64,000 nt of DNA from Acanthaster planci (Eukaryota): the NCBI RefSeq assembly GCF_001949145.1, contig NW_019091361.1, positions 2,589,825 through 2,653,824 of the forward strand. The letters run 5' to 3'. The position numbers were made by a program, and so were the translations under genes. Below the pieces are notes generated by a model. It worked only from the letters and a program-made list of their open reading frames with translations. It ran no database searches and had not been told where the DNA came from. How positions within the stretch are numbered: the stretch's first letter is position 1; each line of letters begins with the position of its first letter. Shown piece by piece: positions 38,201 to 52,100 of the stretch.

Positions 38201-39732
38201 AAACTTCTCACAGGTTGCACCGGAGGTGAAGATTGTGAAGAATGTACCTTCAATTTCCATGGAAGAAGTCGCCCCAATTACAGCGACAGGTGCGACGCTA
38301 TTGGCTCCTGAGGAAATACAGGTACTGTGTACTGCCTGACAAACACACACAGCTTGGCAGTCTCATCTTTAGATGTGCACGTATCACTGGATCAGTACCT
38401 CCATATCGTCCATAGCTCATCTGCGACTATCAAGTCAATTGCATCCTCCATACAAGTTGCCCATCCGTACGCGCATTGCCAGTCACTGGCAGAGAAGTCA
38501 TCAGTCAACTTTCGCACCAAAAAACCCCACATCCAAACCTGTCAAAGGCCAAATCCAAATTTCTGACAAAGGCTTGTAGCCTCCCCCCCCCACCGTGCAG
38601 GGCACCAATGACACATTCTTTGCACTTGAACTTACAAGCTTCAGATCCCATGTAAAGTACAATTGGTTGGGCTATATCTTCCCTGGTACTGCAAATCTTC
38701 TAGATCCTCCTTGTCATTTTGAGATGAAAGAAGAATCGACTAAATTCCATTGACTAATGTGTGATATCATTTTAGTTGGTGTACGTTTTAGTCCACCATT
38801 GTTTCTGCAGTTTTAATGAGGAAGGTTTTAATCATTTAATTTTGGAGAAAATTCACAATTTTTTCAAAGCAAAAAGCTTTGTGAGCTTTTTATAAATGAA
38901 ATCATCACTGAGATAAAATTACACTTTCCTTTCTTTGTAAAGGAGAAATCCAAAGCTGAGCTTAAGGGTGATACCGAAAGGACAGCCTCCGACAGGAAAC
39001 AGGCCCTGCGCCAAAAGAAGCAGCGTCAGAGGACGCGGGCCAAAGAGAAGCTGAAGAAACAGAGAGCCGTGGAGAAACTCAAACCAGGCATGGGTAATAA
39101 GTATAGTGCAAAGAGCGCCCTCCAGAGGCTAGAACAGGACAGCAAGCTGCCCTCCAGCAAGATGACAATAATCAAGGTAACAAAGCCAGGCCGTGTCCAG
39201 ATCAGTTGATTATGGCTAACAATGATACACAAGTCTATGGGAAGTAGCTTCAGCCGCTAGGGAGCGACTTTCATAGGCACGTGTGCTATTCCCAGTTGTA
39301 GCTGAGTAAAAGTTGACTCAGCCTTTCTGGATGACGACAAACAGAATGAGCTGTCATGGAAATGAACATTGCCTAAAGACAAATATTTCAGAAATTTAAA
39401 GTTTTTAGCATCAATTTTGTGACCGGAAATAGAGTGGATTAGATGTTCAAATGCAAGTGGCAATTTAGGGACACAATTGTAAAGCAAATAATTATATATG
39501 CTCATCAGATGCAGAGTGCACCTATTGACCAAAACAATGAAAGTGCTCCACTGTCACCCTCAATTTTCATGTATTTTAAATTTTACAGGATGATAGGAAA
39601 GAAAAGATGCTCAAATCCTCCAAGTCCTTCTTTGGCCGTTTGCAAGACGAGGTCACGTCAGAAATCCGCGGAGTGAAGACCAAAAAGAAAGCGCCGAAGC
39701 AGACGGTGTCTAGCAAGAAGCTCAAACTCTGA
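32215..39732 (+). CDS. MPHOSPH10: U3 small nucleolar ribonucleoprotein protein MPP10
   Basis: Exons: 32215-32288, 33034-33730, 34354-34523, 35074-35230, 35548-35689, 36412-36617, 37454-37564, 38214-38321, 38943-39176, 39589-39732. Total 2043 nt = 680 aa. Motifs [93 protein letters not shown]. Confidence 0.95.
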
Positions 39733-40873
39733 AGTCCCTGGCTTGTAAAAACCGAAAATTCAAATCCCAACGGACGCGTTTAGAGCCGGTTCCAAGCACG
39801 CCTGTGAAATGCAGCCCAAGTTAAGTGTCTGCTCGATGGACAAAAGTTTCTCATCCTCCCGTCTTCTTTGGCAAGGGTGACAGAATTCCGTGTCTGTATT
39901 CCCCTCTCATTGGAACAATGCATCAGTGACAATAAACACACACACACAAATCAGCATTCGAGAAATAATCTCTCATTTAATGAGACTTTTCAAAGTACTG
40001 CAGTAGCCGAAAAAAGACATCTGTGCGTAATATCAGGAGAAAAAGTTGTAATCTACGCACACGTTTCTAACTGGTGCAACTAAGCAGTACTAGTAATTAG
40101 CAGGAAAGCAGGGTTTGCTGGCAGTCGGGCCATAGGAGAGCCCAAGCATCTTACGAGGTTCATTTTGTTCTTAGAGAGAACGCCAGTTGAACAGATAATC
40201 TTCCCAAGGACATGAACTAACGTTTATTCTTGTATTTGCCCCACAACAAATTCATAATTCCTATCCACTATAAGTACCACATATGACTGAGCTTCAGAAT
40301 TCCCACTTTGTTTTTTTAGGAGTATTTTCGTGTTATGAGATGGAATTATTGCATTTTGGATTGATTTAAAATAAATTTATTTTATAACCAGTGAGACCAT
40401 GTTTGACAAAGCCCATGACTTGCAAGAGATTCTGTGACATCACAAGATATATTTGGAACATCATCTAATCATGTTTCCTGGATATTCACTTAGTACTGTA
40501 AGCTTGTCCTTAAGAAAGTGTATGACAGTGGAAAAGCAAGAGCATGGCTACTTGGGAGGTTGTTTCAAAACCGATGTCACTAATGGTAATATTTGTATTC
40601 GAATGATGCTGCTTAAAGTTGTTTTCAACAGGGAAATACTTGTTCCTCAATTTTATAACCATGCTGTTGAAACTGCTTTGGGGGGGTCTCATGCGTAGCT
40701 GTAATATCCAGCAGAATTAAATCCTTTTTTTTTTTTCATTTCAACACTATTTCTTTCCCATATGTCTTTAAGAATTAAGATTTTCTGTTCTGTACAGACG
40801 ACTCATATGACACAAAATGCCACTGGTGATGAATTGGAGGATTTTAGTAGTTTCAATACGGGCGATTCACAAT

Positions 40874-41009
40874 GTGCGCCACCAAGAGTTTGCAATGCGT
40901 TGGCCAATCACAACGTGCGAAATTTGTCAACCCTTTCCAAACGCACATTGGGTCGACAAATTTCGCGCATTGTGATTGGCCAATGCGTTGCAAACTCTTG
41001 GTGGCGCGC
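40874..41009. mobile_element. Hairpin MITE, copy 1 (ttggccaatcacaa family)
   Basis: About 58-bp inverted arms gcgccaccaagagtttgcaa.gc.ttggccaatcacaa... around a short spacer. Homologous copy at 56555-56692. Confidence 0.85.
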
Positions 41010-41633
41010 TATTGTGAAACGGCCGTATTGGTTTCAGTCTCAGTTTTATTGGTGGCAGACACTCGGATGCATACACCAGGCTCCACATGGAAAGTATATC
41101 ATGGAAATCATAATAGTGAGTGTAGAGAAATCGGTATAAATAGATCCCTTCAGCTTTGACAAGTACACATTCAATGCCACTCATACTGCCAAGGTAAAAT
41201 AATTGCTGCTATCAACATTCTTGAAAAAAGTTATAGGGTAACTTACCATTAACCTAAATATTCTTTGTAACTAAACTCTCTGTTTAATTCAGGCTGTCAT
41301 GTTTGGTGCCAGAAAAGTTCCAAGCCTCCAATGAACGTGTATTTGGTTCTGTACCCAATTTTATAATGCTGCTTAGCTGAAGATACTGCTGGGCAGATTT
41401 TGGTGCATAGCAAAAACACATTGATCATGCAAAAGTTTCTAGTTATTAACCTGTATCTGCTTAGCCTGCAATTTCAGGTATAAGCAAGTTGTCTTACAAA
41501 CAGCTCAATGAAATGGGCACCAGACTTGTTTTAACCCTGAGCGCTTTGGTCAAGGGCTAACTAACAAATCGTCTGAATATTTGACTTACCCATTGCGAGT
41601 ATAATTAATTAAGTACTATATTATCTGAACAGC

Positions 41634-41876
41634 CACGGGCGGATCCAGAACCAAATTATTATTTTTTTTTGTGGGGGGGGGGGAATTTTTGGAATATGTT
41701 ATGACCTAAAGGTTGAGGCCGCATTTGGATGCTTGTAATATACTTTTAGATGGAAGGGAAATAAAGCAGACTTGAAACTGCTTTTTTATTATCAAAAAAG
41801 TTAAGATATTTTGGGGGGATGGGGGTGGGACAGGGCCATTACCCCCACCCCATCCCATTCCCCTGATCTGCCCCTG
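41634..41876. mobile_element. hAT-like MITE (CAxGGGCGGATC termini)
   Basis: Starts cacgggcggatc and ends gatctgcccctg. Flanks tgaacagc / tctacagc form a decayed 8-bp TSD. Confidence 0.55.
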
Positions 41877-43072
41877 TCTACAGCCCAAAAGCATGTGGGA
41901 GAACTAGTACAAGCTTGCTAAAGTAAGACTTGGACTCGTAGCGTCATGCTTGCTAGTGTAGAAATTGGAGGAGGGCAGAACACCTGTAAAATACTCAAAT
42001 GTAAATCTGCCGACAAATTCCATCAACAGTTAGGCAATACTGTTACACACTGAACTTGGCCAAAACCATGAACTTGACAAACATTTGCGATGTTGAAAAT
42101 AGCGCAGCCTTAGTCCAGCTCCCCTGGGTTAGATCTCAATTATGGTCATGCAGTAAATGACAAAAACCATGATTTTTATAATTTCGGACCCTCCACCCTT
42201 TCAGACCCTTACATTTATGGACTTAATGTTACCGGCAAGAGTGTCACAGTCTAAACCCTATACCCTTAAAATGGTACAATATAATGAGACCTGGAAAAGC
42301 ATGCAGAAAGCTTAACGACTAATAAGCATTTTTGAACTTCAGTTTGCATAAGCATCAGGTCAACGCTCATAAATACGACATTAAAATATAACGACAGTAC
42401 TTCAAATAATATCCTATCATTTTAAAACAATACATATACAAAGCCTAGTACAATATATCCCTTTGGTAGTTACATTAACCGTAACCCTCCTCAATCCTTC
42501 ACCTGTCGGAGGACTGAGGAGGGTTAGGATTAAATTAATTGTAGTCTCTGAAGAAGAAAAAAAAGGACCTTCTTGATCCAAATATGGGTGACTAGTATGT
42601 GCATACCACAATGACAGAATGAGTACTTTTATTTACACGTACCATCTTCAATGGAAACGGGTAACTTGTCATTTTGTGCCTGTGTAATTCTCCATGTCGA
42701 ATATTCCAGGCGCAGCTTTGACAGGCCTCATTTCAGGCACATTTTTTCAGGACAGAACACTCAGTGGGAATTCCAGCCAGGTTCCTCTTCAGAGCCTGAA
42801 AATAAGGCCGGAGAAGCCCAAACCTATCTTGTAAAAGCCTAAAACAAGTCCGGCATTTCACATGAAAAAACCTCAAATTAGACTTTTGCCTGAAAACTGG
42901 CTTCACTAAAACACAAGAATTGACTAAAAACATATGGATTACACAGAAATCTCTTGGTCACATTCCATACAGCATCCTTGAATTATTTCAGTTTAAAGTA
43001 TCAATAAATGTGATACTCATTTTCGCAGTATTTTATCTGATGTGGAAAAAAGCAATACACATGATTTTTACT

Positions 43073-43190
43073 GCCTAGCTGGGAAGCAGAGTGATTCATT
43101 CCTTAACTTTCACTTCTGCGTACCAGGTTCGAATCCAACCTCGTGGTCAACCCAATTCTGCCAGTTTTCTCTAAATAATAGGGGTTTATT
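43073..43190 (+). mobile_element. Degenerate tRNA-derived SINE remnant
   Basis: B box ggttcgaatcc near 43126, with a downstream gttttctc segment resembling the SINE at 46916. Confidence 0.3.
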
Positions 43191-45333
43191 AACCTGATCC
43201 AAATGTGTTGATCTCCTTGTAATGTTCTTTACAGCATTTTCGGGCTTGAAACCTCCATAGTGTAAAAGTTTTCTTATTCTTCAAAAAAGGTGAAGCTTAG
43301 CTTTTTTTAGAAGTGATTTTACTTTCCCCCCAACAACTGCTGCGAAAAAATGAAACCAAACCAAACATAAAATGGCAAATCTCTGACAAATTATGTAAAG
43401 ATCACATGACGTACAGTAACTAGGAGTACTTCTTGAGTAATGTTAATTTCCAAGGAGACTTCAAGACCGGACTAGATTCAGTGCATGTGGTTGTAACTCC
43501 TGTAGGTACCATATCTAATATGTACATGTTGGGCTAATGTTGATACCCACGATCCAATTTTTGTCCCCTGAAACATGATACTTCAGGCAAAGATTTGAGA
43601 TTGTGCCAAAAATCTTCGCCAAGCAAGAAGAGGCAAGAATACATTATACAAACTCTAAGAGTCAGTCACGTGTTGAACAAAACAAAATACACATACCTGA
43701 AATTACATAGCCCTTCATTGGCAAGTAAATCCTACATGATTTCAGCTAGGAAGTAATTACCCAAAAGATTAAATGGACGTAGGTAACCCAATTTTTGAAA
43801 GTACCCTTTTCATTGATGATACAAAAAATATTCACATATTTACACACACTGACTGACTTGGCTGTGGTGTTCAACGGAAAACGAAAATACTTTTTCAATA
43901 AGTGCACTCTGATTTTTAAATAAAAGTTTTAATTCAGCATAATGTGATGAGCTCAACTGTAAACAGCATTTGTACTTGGCTTTGTTTGCAAGTTTCACCT
44001 CGTCCTGATGAAAATGGACGGGATGTAGATGAAAAAATGTGGGTGATCATTGATTCACTTTTGAACATGTTTAACTCAGAAACGATTCTGGTGATTTGCA
44101 ACCTAGTTTATTAGGTTGGCTTACATTTGAGATGGTTTTTGGTTTCCAGTGATTATCTGGGTAAATTCAGAGCCACACAGATTCCAGGATTTTGACCGAG
44201 AGATTTCCTACAGTGATTCATGTCTGTCCGTCCGTCTTCCTCATTTTAGGAAAATCTGAGCCAAAATGATAAGGTAAGGTTCAGTTTGCAGCTTTGCCAA
44301 GGTGTTCTGGGCCAAAGTGTCAAAGGTAGATGAAAACACTCTGCAGCCAATTCTACTTCAAGAACTTTGTGGGCGCTTTTAAAAAGTGTACATTAACTGC
44401 AGAACTCTAAATGCTGGTTCATACTTGGAGCAAAAACAAATGAAAGCAAACTTAAGTCAGAACAGATATTTGTGCTGCCAATTTGCCAGAGGTAACCACA
44501 TTTCAACTCCAGCACATTTCACTGTAAACACCTGATGTCAAATTCACTTCACTTTGGCATTCGCCTGAAGTACAAACCAGCCTTAATGCTGAAAATCAAA
44601 AACAAAACATTTGCATGTTTCAAAAACATATTCCTTTCATATTTGCTCACCAATGGAATTTGTCAAAGTGACAAAAAAGTATGTGGTGTCACTATATGCT
44701 AAAAATTGAAGCAGTCCACAAATTCCCTGGGAGGAAAAGATTAAATGGTAACAATTTTCTCATCTAACAAAAATAAATGACAATTCCCTTAAATATGTAA
44801 GCTTGTTTCACACAAACTTAATTTTAAATTCTCATTAAATAACAAATCAAATATATAACTTGCAAGCCATAATCGTTTCTTTTTATACAATTTACTGATT
44901 TTTAGATTGAAACCGGTGGCTTCATATATCACTGTTATGTACACAAACCAACAACACACTGTGTACTTCTTCCATTCTTAACATTGAATGCTTAGACATA
45001 AATTCAAGAACAACACATTACTTTCCTTGGCACCAGATGAAATTTGGTTTACACTAAATTTATTTGATTCATAATCTTGTACTGATAGTTAGATTCTGTT
45101 ACTCTACAAAACGTAGCAAGTTCTTCCCCAAATGATCAAGACGTCTAATGCAACTCCTTCCCTCAGGAAAATTTGTTGAGGGCTTGAGTTGTCTCTCATG
45201 TCAAAGTTGGCTGGCTGGTCAAGCAGGGAGATTCATTTCCAGGCTCATGATCCAATCAAATCAATAAAAACAGTAACTTTGTTTATGGAACTTGAGAGTG
45301 AGGAGCCCAATGCGAGTATAGCAGCATGATTTT

Positions 45334-45388
45334 ATGACAGGTGACCTGACAGGTGACGTGACAGGGGTCGTGACAGGGGACGTGACAT
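45334..45388. repeat. 12-bp tandem repeat (tgacagg.gacg-like, about 4.5 units)
   Basis: tgacaggtgacc tgacaggtgacg tgacaggggtcg tgacaggggacg tgaca. Confidence 0.85.
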
Positions 45389-46190
45389 CCTCAGTACTGC
45401 CAGCCGATGAAGACAATGAGATAGCGTCACAAGTTCTTGTATTCAGCTCTTCAACCTCATGTCCCAAAAGAGTAACTATTTATTGACTTGCCAGTTGACT
45501 TAAGCAGCTAAGCAACCCAAATGTTAGGATGAAATTTTCACATACAGTACATTGTAATACGCAATCACGCTACATACATGTGGTGACTGGCTTCACCAAC
45601 AGAGAATTCATGAAGGCCTTCCGATAGCTCATCACATTTCTCCCTGTACAGTTATCCTCAGCCGTTTTGAAGGTGTCTGCTGAGGCTTGAATGCAACAGT
45701 AACAAACTGAACATGAGTGTCACAATATCCAACGGTGCTTGTTCAACTGGACCAGACAGTACACCAAGTTGGGTAAAACTTACTTCAAGAAAGCTGCTCA
45801 TCACATGAAAGAGATGTGGTGAGTGTCGCACAAAGATGCTCACCGATAACCCTGCGGTTATGCCACATCTCCTGGTTGACCTGCTGGCATTGCATGAGTT
45901 CATCTCTCTCTCAGGAGCACACCTGGTACACATGGCTGCCTGGCTGATGGACAGTCGTTTCTCTTATATTCCTTACGACCCTACGACTCTCTTGATCTGC
46001 ACCAGCATAGTGCAACCTTCCAAAGTACCTGACAGGGAACTCATGTCCTTTAGGCATTCTCTATCAAAGACTATGCCACTGTGTTTTATGGCGCAGTGTT
46101 GGATTTTTGGGCGGAGTCAGGAAGGTTTGTAGCACAGGTCACAAATCGTGGGGTTGGGTGTGTGTGTGTGTGGGGGGGGGTTTTGAAGAG

Positions 46191-49100
46191 TTAAGGGGCA
46201 GAGCAATCGGCCATGGCTGCGATGATCTCTCTGGTATATTTCTCCTGTGTTGTGTCCACTGCTTGGTCACCCACCTTCCCATCTTCATAACTAGAAACAA
46301 GAATCCAGAAGTTGACATGTATGGTCGCATTCAACTGCATCATATCAAATGTATTTGTAATGTTTGAGTATTACTTTTCAAAACTTTGAGAACAGATTGG
46401 TATTTTTTGTCAGAATTTACTTGGACTGTAAAAGCCAAAAAGAAAATCCACACACTCAAAGATGTTAAAAAATGCACAATTTTTCTTCATATTTTCAAAA
46501 TCAATCATCAGGACGGAAGTGTTGGATCCCTGTTGGAAACAATAATTTTAAGAAATGCATTATTCTAATTTTCAGGGAGATATCATGCCCAATAATTTTA
46601 AAAACAGACGAAGCAAACCCTTGTTTGAAAATTGACTTCCCCACTCAACCCATCTTCTAAAAATGAAAATTGTCTTTCGTCCATCATTTTTTTCTTGAAC
46701 TTTTCTTAAAATTTGATAAATAAAATGTTTCTCCGAAATGTAAAACACTGCCCCCAACCCCCCAAAAATGTAGAATATTTCAGTTCCTATGCATAAAATC
46801 TGCACAAGTTTCAGTTCATTGGAAACTAGCAAACGATGCTTATCCTAAAACCAATCCAGATTACAATATCTCACACAGAGGTATCATCCTTCCATATATG
46901 AGAACTCTATATGAGTCAGGTTGGCGTAGTGTATCTTTCCTTGCTTTCCATCTGAGGGGGCTTGGGTTCAAATTAGGCTCGGTTCACATGTGGATTGGGT
47001 TTTCAGTCCCTACCCGAGTCCATGGGTTTTCCCTGAAACATTTATCCAGGGTTCCCCCCCCCAATCTCTAAAACGGAACATTTCTTCATTGCCTTCTTCA
47101 CTCATTATCATCCTGTAATTGGTGTTAAAAGCGCAAGTGAATGAAACAGGTGTAAATAATGATATATGTGTGCCCTGTGTACAAGTACTTACACAAAGAA
47201 GAATCTTGTGCAGACGAGGTCTGGGTTGGTGCACACCCATACATGTCCATGCTTGGTGAGCTCTCGAGAATTCACCACTGCAGAAAGAAATTCAAACGTT
47301 CGGAACGGTTTACTAACATCATCCCTTTTTTTTACAGACATTTGGAATTTGATAAAATAATTCAGGCTGAACTGTAAACATTTCCGAGCAATGCAGTGGG
47401 AAGAAAATAGTCGGCTCCAGATCCCCATTTGCTATCTCTCTAAGGCCGGGAACACAGCCACCAATTGTGTTATTTTTTGGCACTTTCTTTTCAGTAAAAG
47501 AAAGGTCACCTTGTCCTCAAATTGATGAAATGTCAAAAGATATTATATGACAGATGTTATATTACATAATGTACAGGTAGATATTATATTTCATGAAAGA
47601 TATGAAATATACAGCAGTCTTGAAATGTAACCTAACTGAAAAGCTAAATTTAAAGACATGCTGCCAAGCACTCTATCTTATGCAAGGAGTGAACAATAGG
47701 ATGCTTCAAGATGCTCCGAGGTCTAGGTTAAACTTATGGTCAAACAACACGTTGAAGTAAACTCTCCACAAATGTGTCAGATTTCCAAGCTAGTGCCATG
47801 GTTAAAAATACTACCAAAAATATAGTGAAGTATTATGTACCAATGACATGGTCGTGCCTTGGCTTACCTACCTTCACACAGTGCTATACATGTCAGGTTC
47901 CTACTTTGCAGGAATCTGCAGGTCGACGGAGAATTCTGCTACAAATGCAAAGAAAAAACCAACAGCATATTAAAGGAGAAATTTTGACTGAATGTTGACT
48001 GGTTATGGACGTACCTTGACCTTTGGACTTTCCTCAAAGTTTTGAAGGGGATGACAAATGACGAAGTTTACAGACAGGAATTACAAAGACCTGCCATTTC
48101 ATTTAGTCTGAATAAAGACAAATAATAACAGTCTTGAAACAAAACGCCCTGTTCCTGACCAAGAGAGGGCGCTTCGTTATGTGTGTGTAAGTACGCGATT
48201 GCAAGCACATGTGGCAAACAGTACGTATGACCGACGTGCATCTAAAACTGCATGTATCCACGCGTGAACGTGGCTTGATGACTTACCCGGTTGGTCGGTG
48301 GTTCCTTCGGAAGTGCCTGCGCCCCTTGTTTCTTGGCCTGCTTGTGGATGCCATGCCCCATCCCGGAGTAGCCAAAAGACACGCTAGAGTGAGGACTGAG
48401 GTAGATGCCTTTCCCATACACAGCACCGTGCATCTACCAATGAGGGTTTAGTACGGTTAACAGCGGGTGAACCGGTTAACAGTGGCTTTGGCATTACTCA
48501 TCCCATCTCTGCTAACCGACAAATTTGCAACCCCAAAACAACAAATGTGCTCGTTTTCCTGTTTGATTTAGCTTGTAACGCAAACAGCAGGGAAGAGTGT
48601 AAACAATGCAGAGGGGCCGTACAATAGGGCCTGTTCTTTTGATGTCACAGTCTTGTTTTTCCTACGAGTGGTTGCTAAAACTATGGTTAGCCGTCGGTAC
48701 AAACAGCTACCACAAAACCGGATAATAATCAATGTACTTCAGTCAAACCTGCCGTTGTGGCTATCTTATTATAGTGGCCACCACTCTAAACTGACCGCCT
48801 TAGCTGATCCCAGTTTGATTCTAACGTAAACAAATGGAACCCATGTCTTGCTATTGTGGCCACTGCATAACGGGTACACTTTCAGTATTTGGATTCTCAC
48901 AGTGTGCCGTAATTTGCCCTTTTACAGACTAAGGCTGCATCTGAATCTCTTGTCTTGAGCTAGGTCTAGGTCTTCGCTCCATTGGAAATGCGTAGAGATG
49001 TGCAAACAATAGACCTAGCCGTACCGGTAGCTCTGCAATCCTCTTTCGGACACGGCCTAATTCTGAGACCAGAATTAGGAGCCATTACTGCGGTACCACC

Positions 49101-52100
49101 ACATTTACCACGGTGGTACGGGCGTCTTTGACCAACGGGGTTTTGAGACTTGTCGAGAGGTATATGCACCTCACAAGTTTTAAGTTTAAGAATGCACGAG
49201 CGAGTATGGAGTCACCGCGTTTCCTTGGACATGTCTTTACTCGTTCCTGTTCTCTCCCACCGGAGGTTTAACAGAGTTCTCACGAGTTCTGACTTCAAAA
49301 TGACTCAAACCATGACTTTCTTTATCACTGTTCAAGTGTTCATTCCGTGTCATTCCGGACCAGACCAGACAACAATTTTGGAAATTTGACTTGTAATTAA
49401 ACTCAACTAGAACACGGCCCCCCTCCTATGTGCATGAATGGTACTGCGTTCAGGCTTACCTGATGTTTAGTTCCAGAAGCGTTGATGAGGCCATGCCTCA
49501 GGATGGAGTGCCAGTTCTCTATGTGAGAACCACTGTGAGGAAAAACAATACAATGAAGAGACAGTGTATGAGTGCTTACATCAGGTCTAACGTTAACGTT
49601 CAGAATGATTTAACATGGCACAATGGCACAAATTCTTTAAAAATGTACTAAAGAAAATAAAATGCGATGCTAAGTTGCACTCTGCAGCAGCACTGCTACG
49701 GGAATTAAACAAGAAATTCTGTGCGATTAAAAGTCAAGGAAAAATTATACAAAATCTCCCAAACTATGTACAGCTGACGGAGGACTAACATCAGAAAAAA
49801 AAAGCAATAAATGTTACAGGCACTGGGACTGACTCACTTCAATCCTCTGAAGAGCAATGAGGACAAGGGTCAAGGGTCAAAGGTACATACTGGAAAGCAA
49901 AAGTACTGCCACTGATCATCTTGGCCTTCCTGAAGGTGGCTTCTTTGGCAGGTGGACTGCTCAGCAGTAGGAACTGGTGCGGCGTGTGCATGAAGCGGAT
50001 TTGCTGTGCAAAGGAAATACGACAAAACAGTACGAATAGAAACTGAACGGATGCCCAATTTCTTCCTCCGATACCTCAATGAACTGTTCATGGCAACTCC
50101 AGTGGAGAAACTCTTGCGCAATGTGTACAATGGGCAAAGCTGATAAACTAATACATGTGTATTATCTAAAACAGCAATGTTATGTGAAAACAGCACTAGT
50201 GTATCATGCCCAAGCATCATTTTTATGCACAACTGCAAGAATTAACGACGGCAACTGTTTGAATTATCAAATTATACATATTTCTTCTGATGTCAAACAA
50301 GCTTCCAGTGAAAATCTCTTCTCCCACTGAACAAACATCTCACTGGCTTTTTGTTAGTTGTTGAGATTTTACTGATCCAAAATGAATGAGGGAAAGTTTG
50401 ATGATGATGACAACGGATACTTTTAATGTTTCCAAGGAGTGCCGAGTTTCCAAAGGAAAGTGAATGAAGACTGACTTACCCTCCCCTCTGGCAGCTTGAC
50501 GATGTGCGAACGATTACTGGAGATGATCCTATGGTGCAAGATAAACCAATAAACATTTTATCACAGAGTGACCAGTGGTTTGCTAGCAAACACTTGTCCG
50601 TACCCATCCCGCCATGGGCCATCTGGGCTAGTTAATGCCTAGTTAATAATACGTTGCCGACTGAAGGTCAGCAATCGGATTAGCGTACATGCATGTCTGA
50701 ATATTATGGCTAACATTGGAAATAACATGTGCACATTGTACACCCACAGAAGCTGCTGGGCTTAGCGGCTGCGGCTGCTACCCATAGACACATGTGTAGC
50801 TGCCAGCCACAGCCAGTTGGTTGGGACACAGCCAGACCCAGAGTGATTCAACTGGCTTGCCGTGTCCTACCTTGTTGCAATGTTCAGAGTACACTCTACA
50901 GGTGTTTGGAATGCCTGGAAAATGGGGAATTCAAGTATCAGCACACCGTAATTGGAGGGAACAAGAAAGGAGATAAAACAGGTAGAGGTTGACCTTCTAT
51001 GCCGACCTCTCTAAACTTAAGTGATGTCATCATATCATCCAAGACATATCAACTAGTCAATTCAAATTTCCCCTTTACAGCAGTGGACGGCAAAAAGTTG
51101 ACTTCCTAAAATGCTGGCTACTTTTAGTAACCAATTATATCATCCAAAATATGAACCAGTATGAAACTTAGCATTTCCCCCTTGCAACGTGGTGCATTTT
51201 GCAAGCCTCAAGTGGATTCCTGCCGATAGGGGCAACCACCGTAAGGACAGGCCAAGCCTACTAACCACTGCAGCAGTGGATATGCCAACATATCCTGTCC
51301 ATCCATTCGTTTCTTGACGTCTGTGGAGCAGCCGGCAGCCAGCATCTCACGGATGGAGATGAAGCTGTCTAGGGCCTGCTGGATGCGCTCGTAATTCTTC
51401 TTCTGCGGGTGGAACAAACAGAAGTTTCGATATTTTACGTCAGCTTGATAAGACTGCCAAGATGGCAGTGTGATATGTGATGCTGTCTGCGTAAACCCTT
51501 CACAATGTTTGTATATTATGAACATATCCAGCATGTTCAGACAAGACGATACTTACAGTGCAGGGTTTTAGCAACCAGGTGTACGCTTTAATGCAAACAT
51601 ATCCCAGCAAACCAATGTCTACTGCTCCCCCATCGCGAGTCTCACCTTCGGCGTGAATGCCAATTCCTTGGGATTTCTTGGGTCGACCACCATGGGGTAA
51701 GGTTCAAAGATCAACTGCCGCCGGCTGGACTTGATGGAGGAGACAACCATGGCAACCATCAGGTCGACGACCTCGGCTCCCGAGGCAATATTCTCGGCGG
51801 CGTCTTGCATGACGCCCAGGGTTTGGAAGGAGAAGACGCAGAGTTCTCGCTCACACACTGCAGGCTAACCACAAAATGACACCGAGTATGTTGGGTCAAA
51901 AGAAGTGACGCACTCATTCTCCATATTGTTTCAAACAGCATTAAGAGAATTGAATAAACACAAAAAAGTGGGTATTTTCGAACCCTGAATGATCACCATA
52001 AGGTGAATCAAATTACTTTTTTGAAGGCAAAAATGTAGCTCACTTTAAGGTTAACAAAATAGAGGCTTCTTACAAGACTTGCACTTTCTCAAAAACTGTT

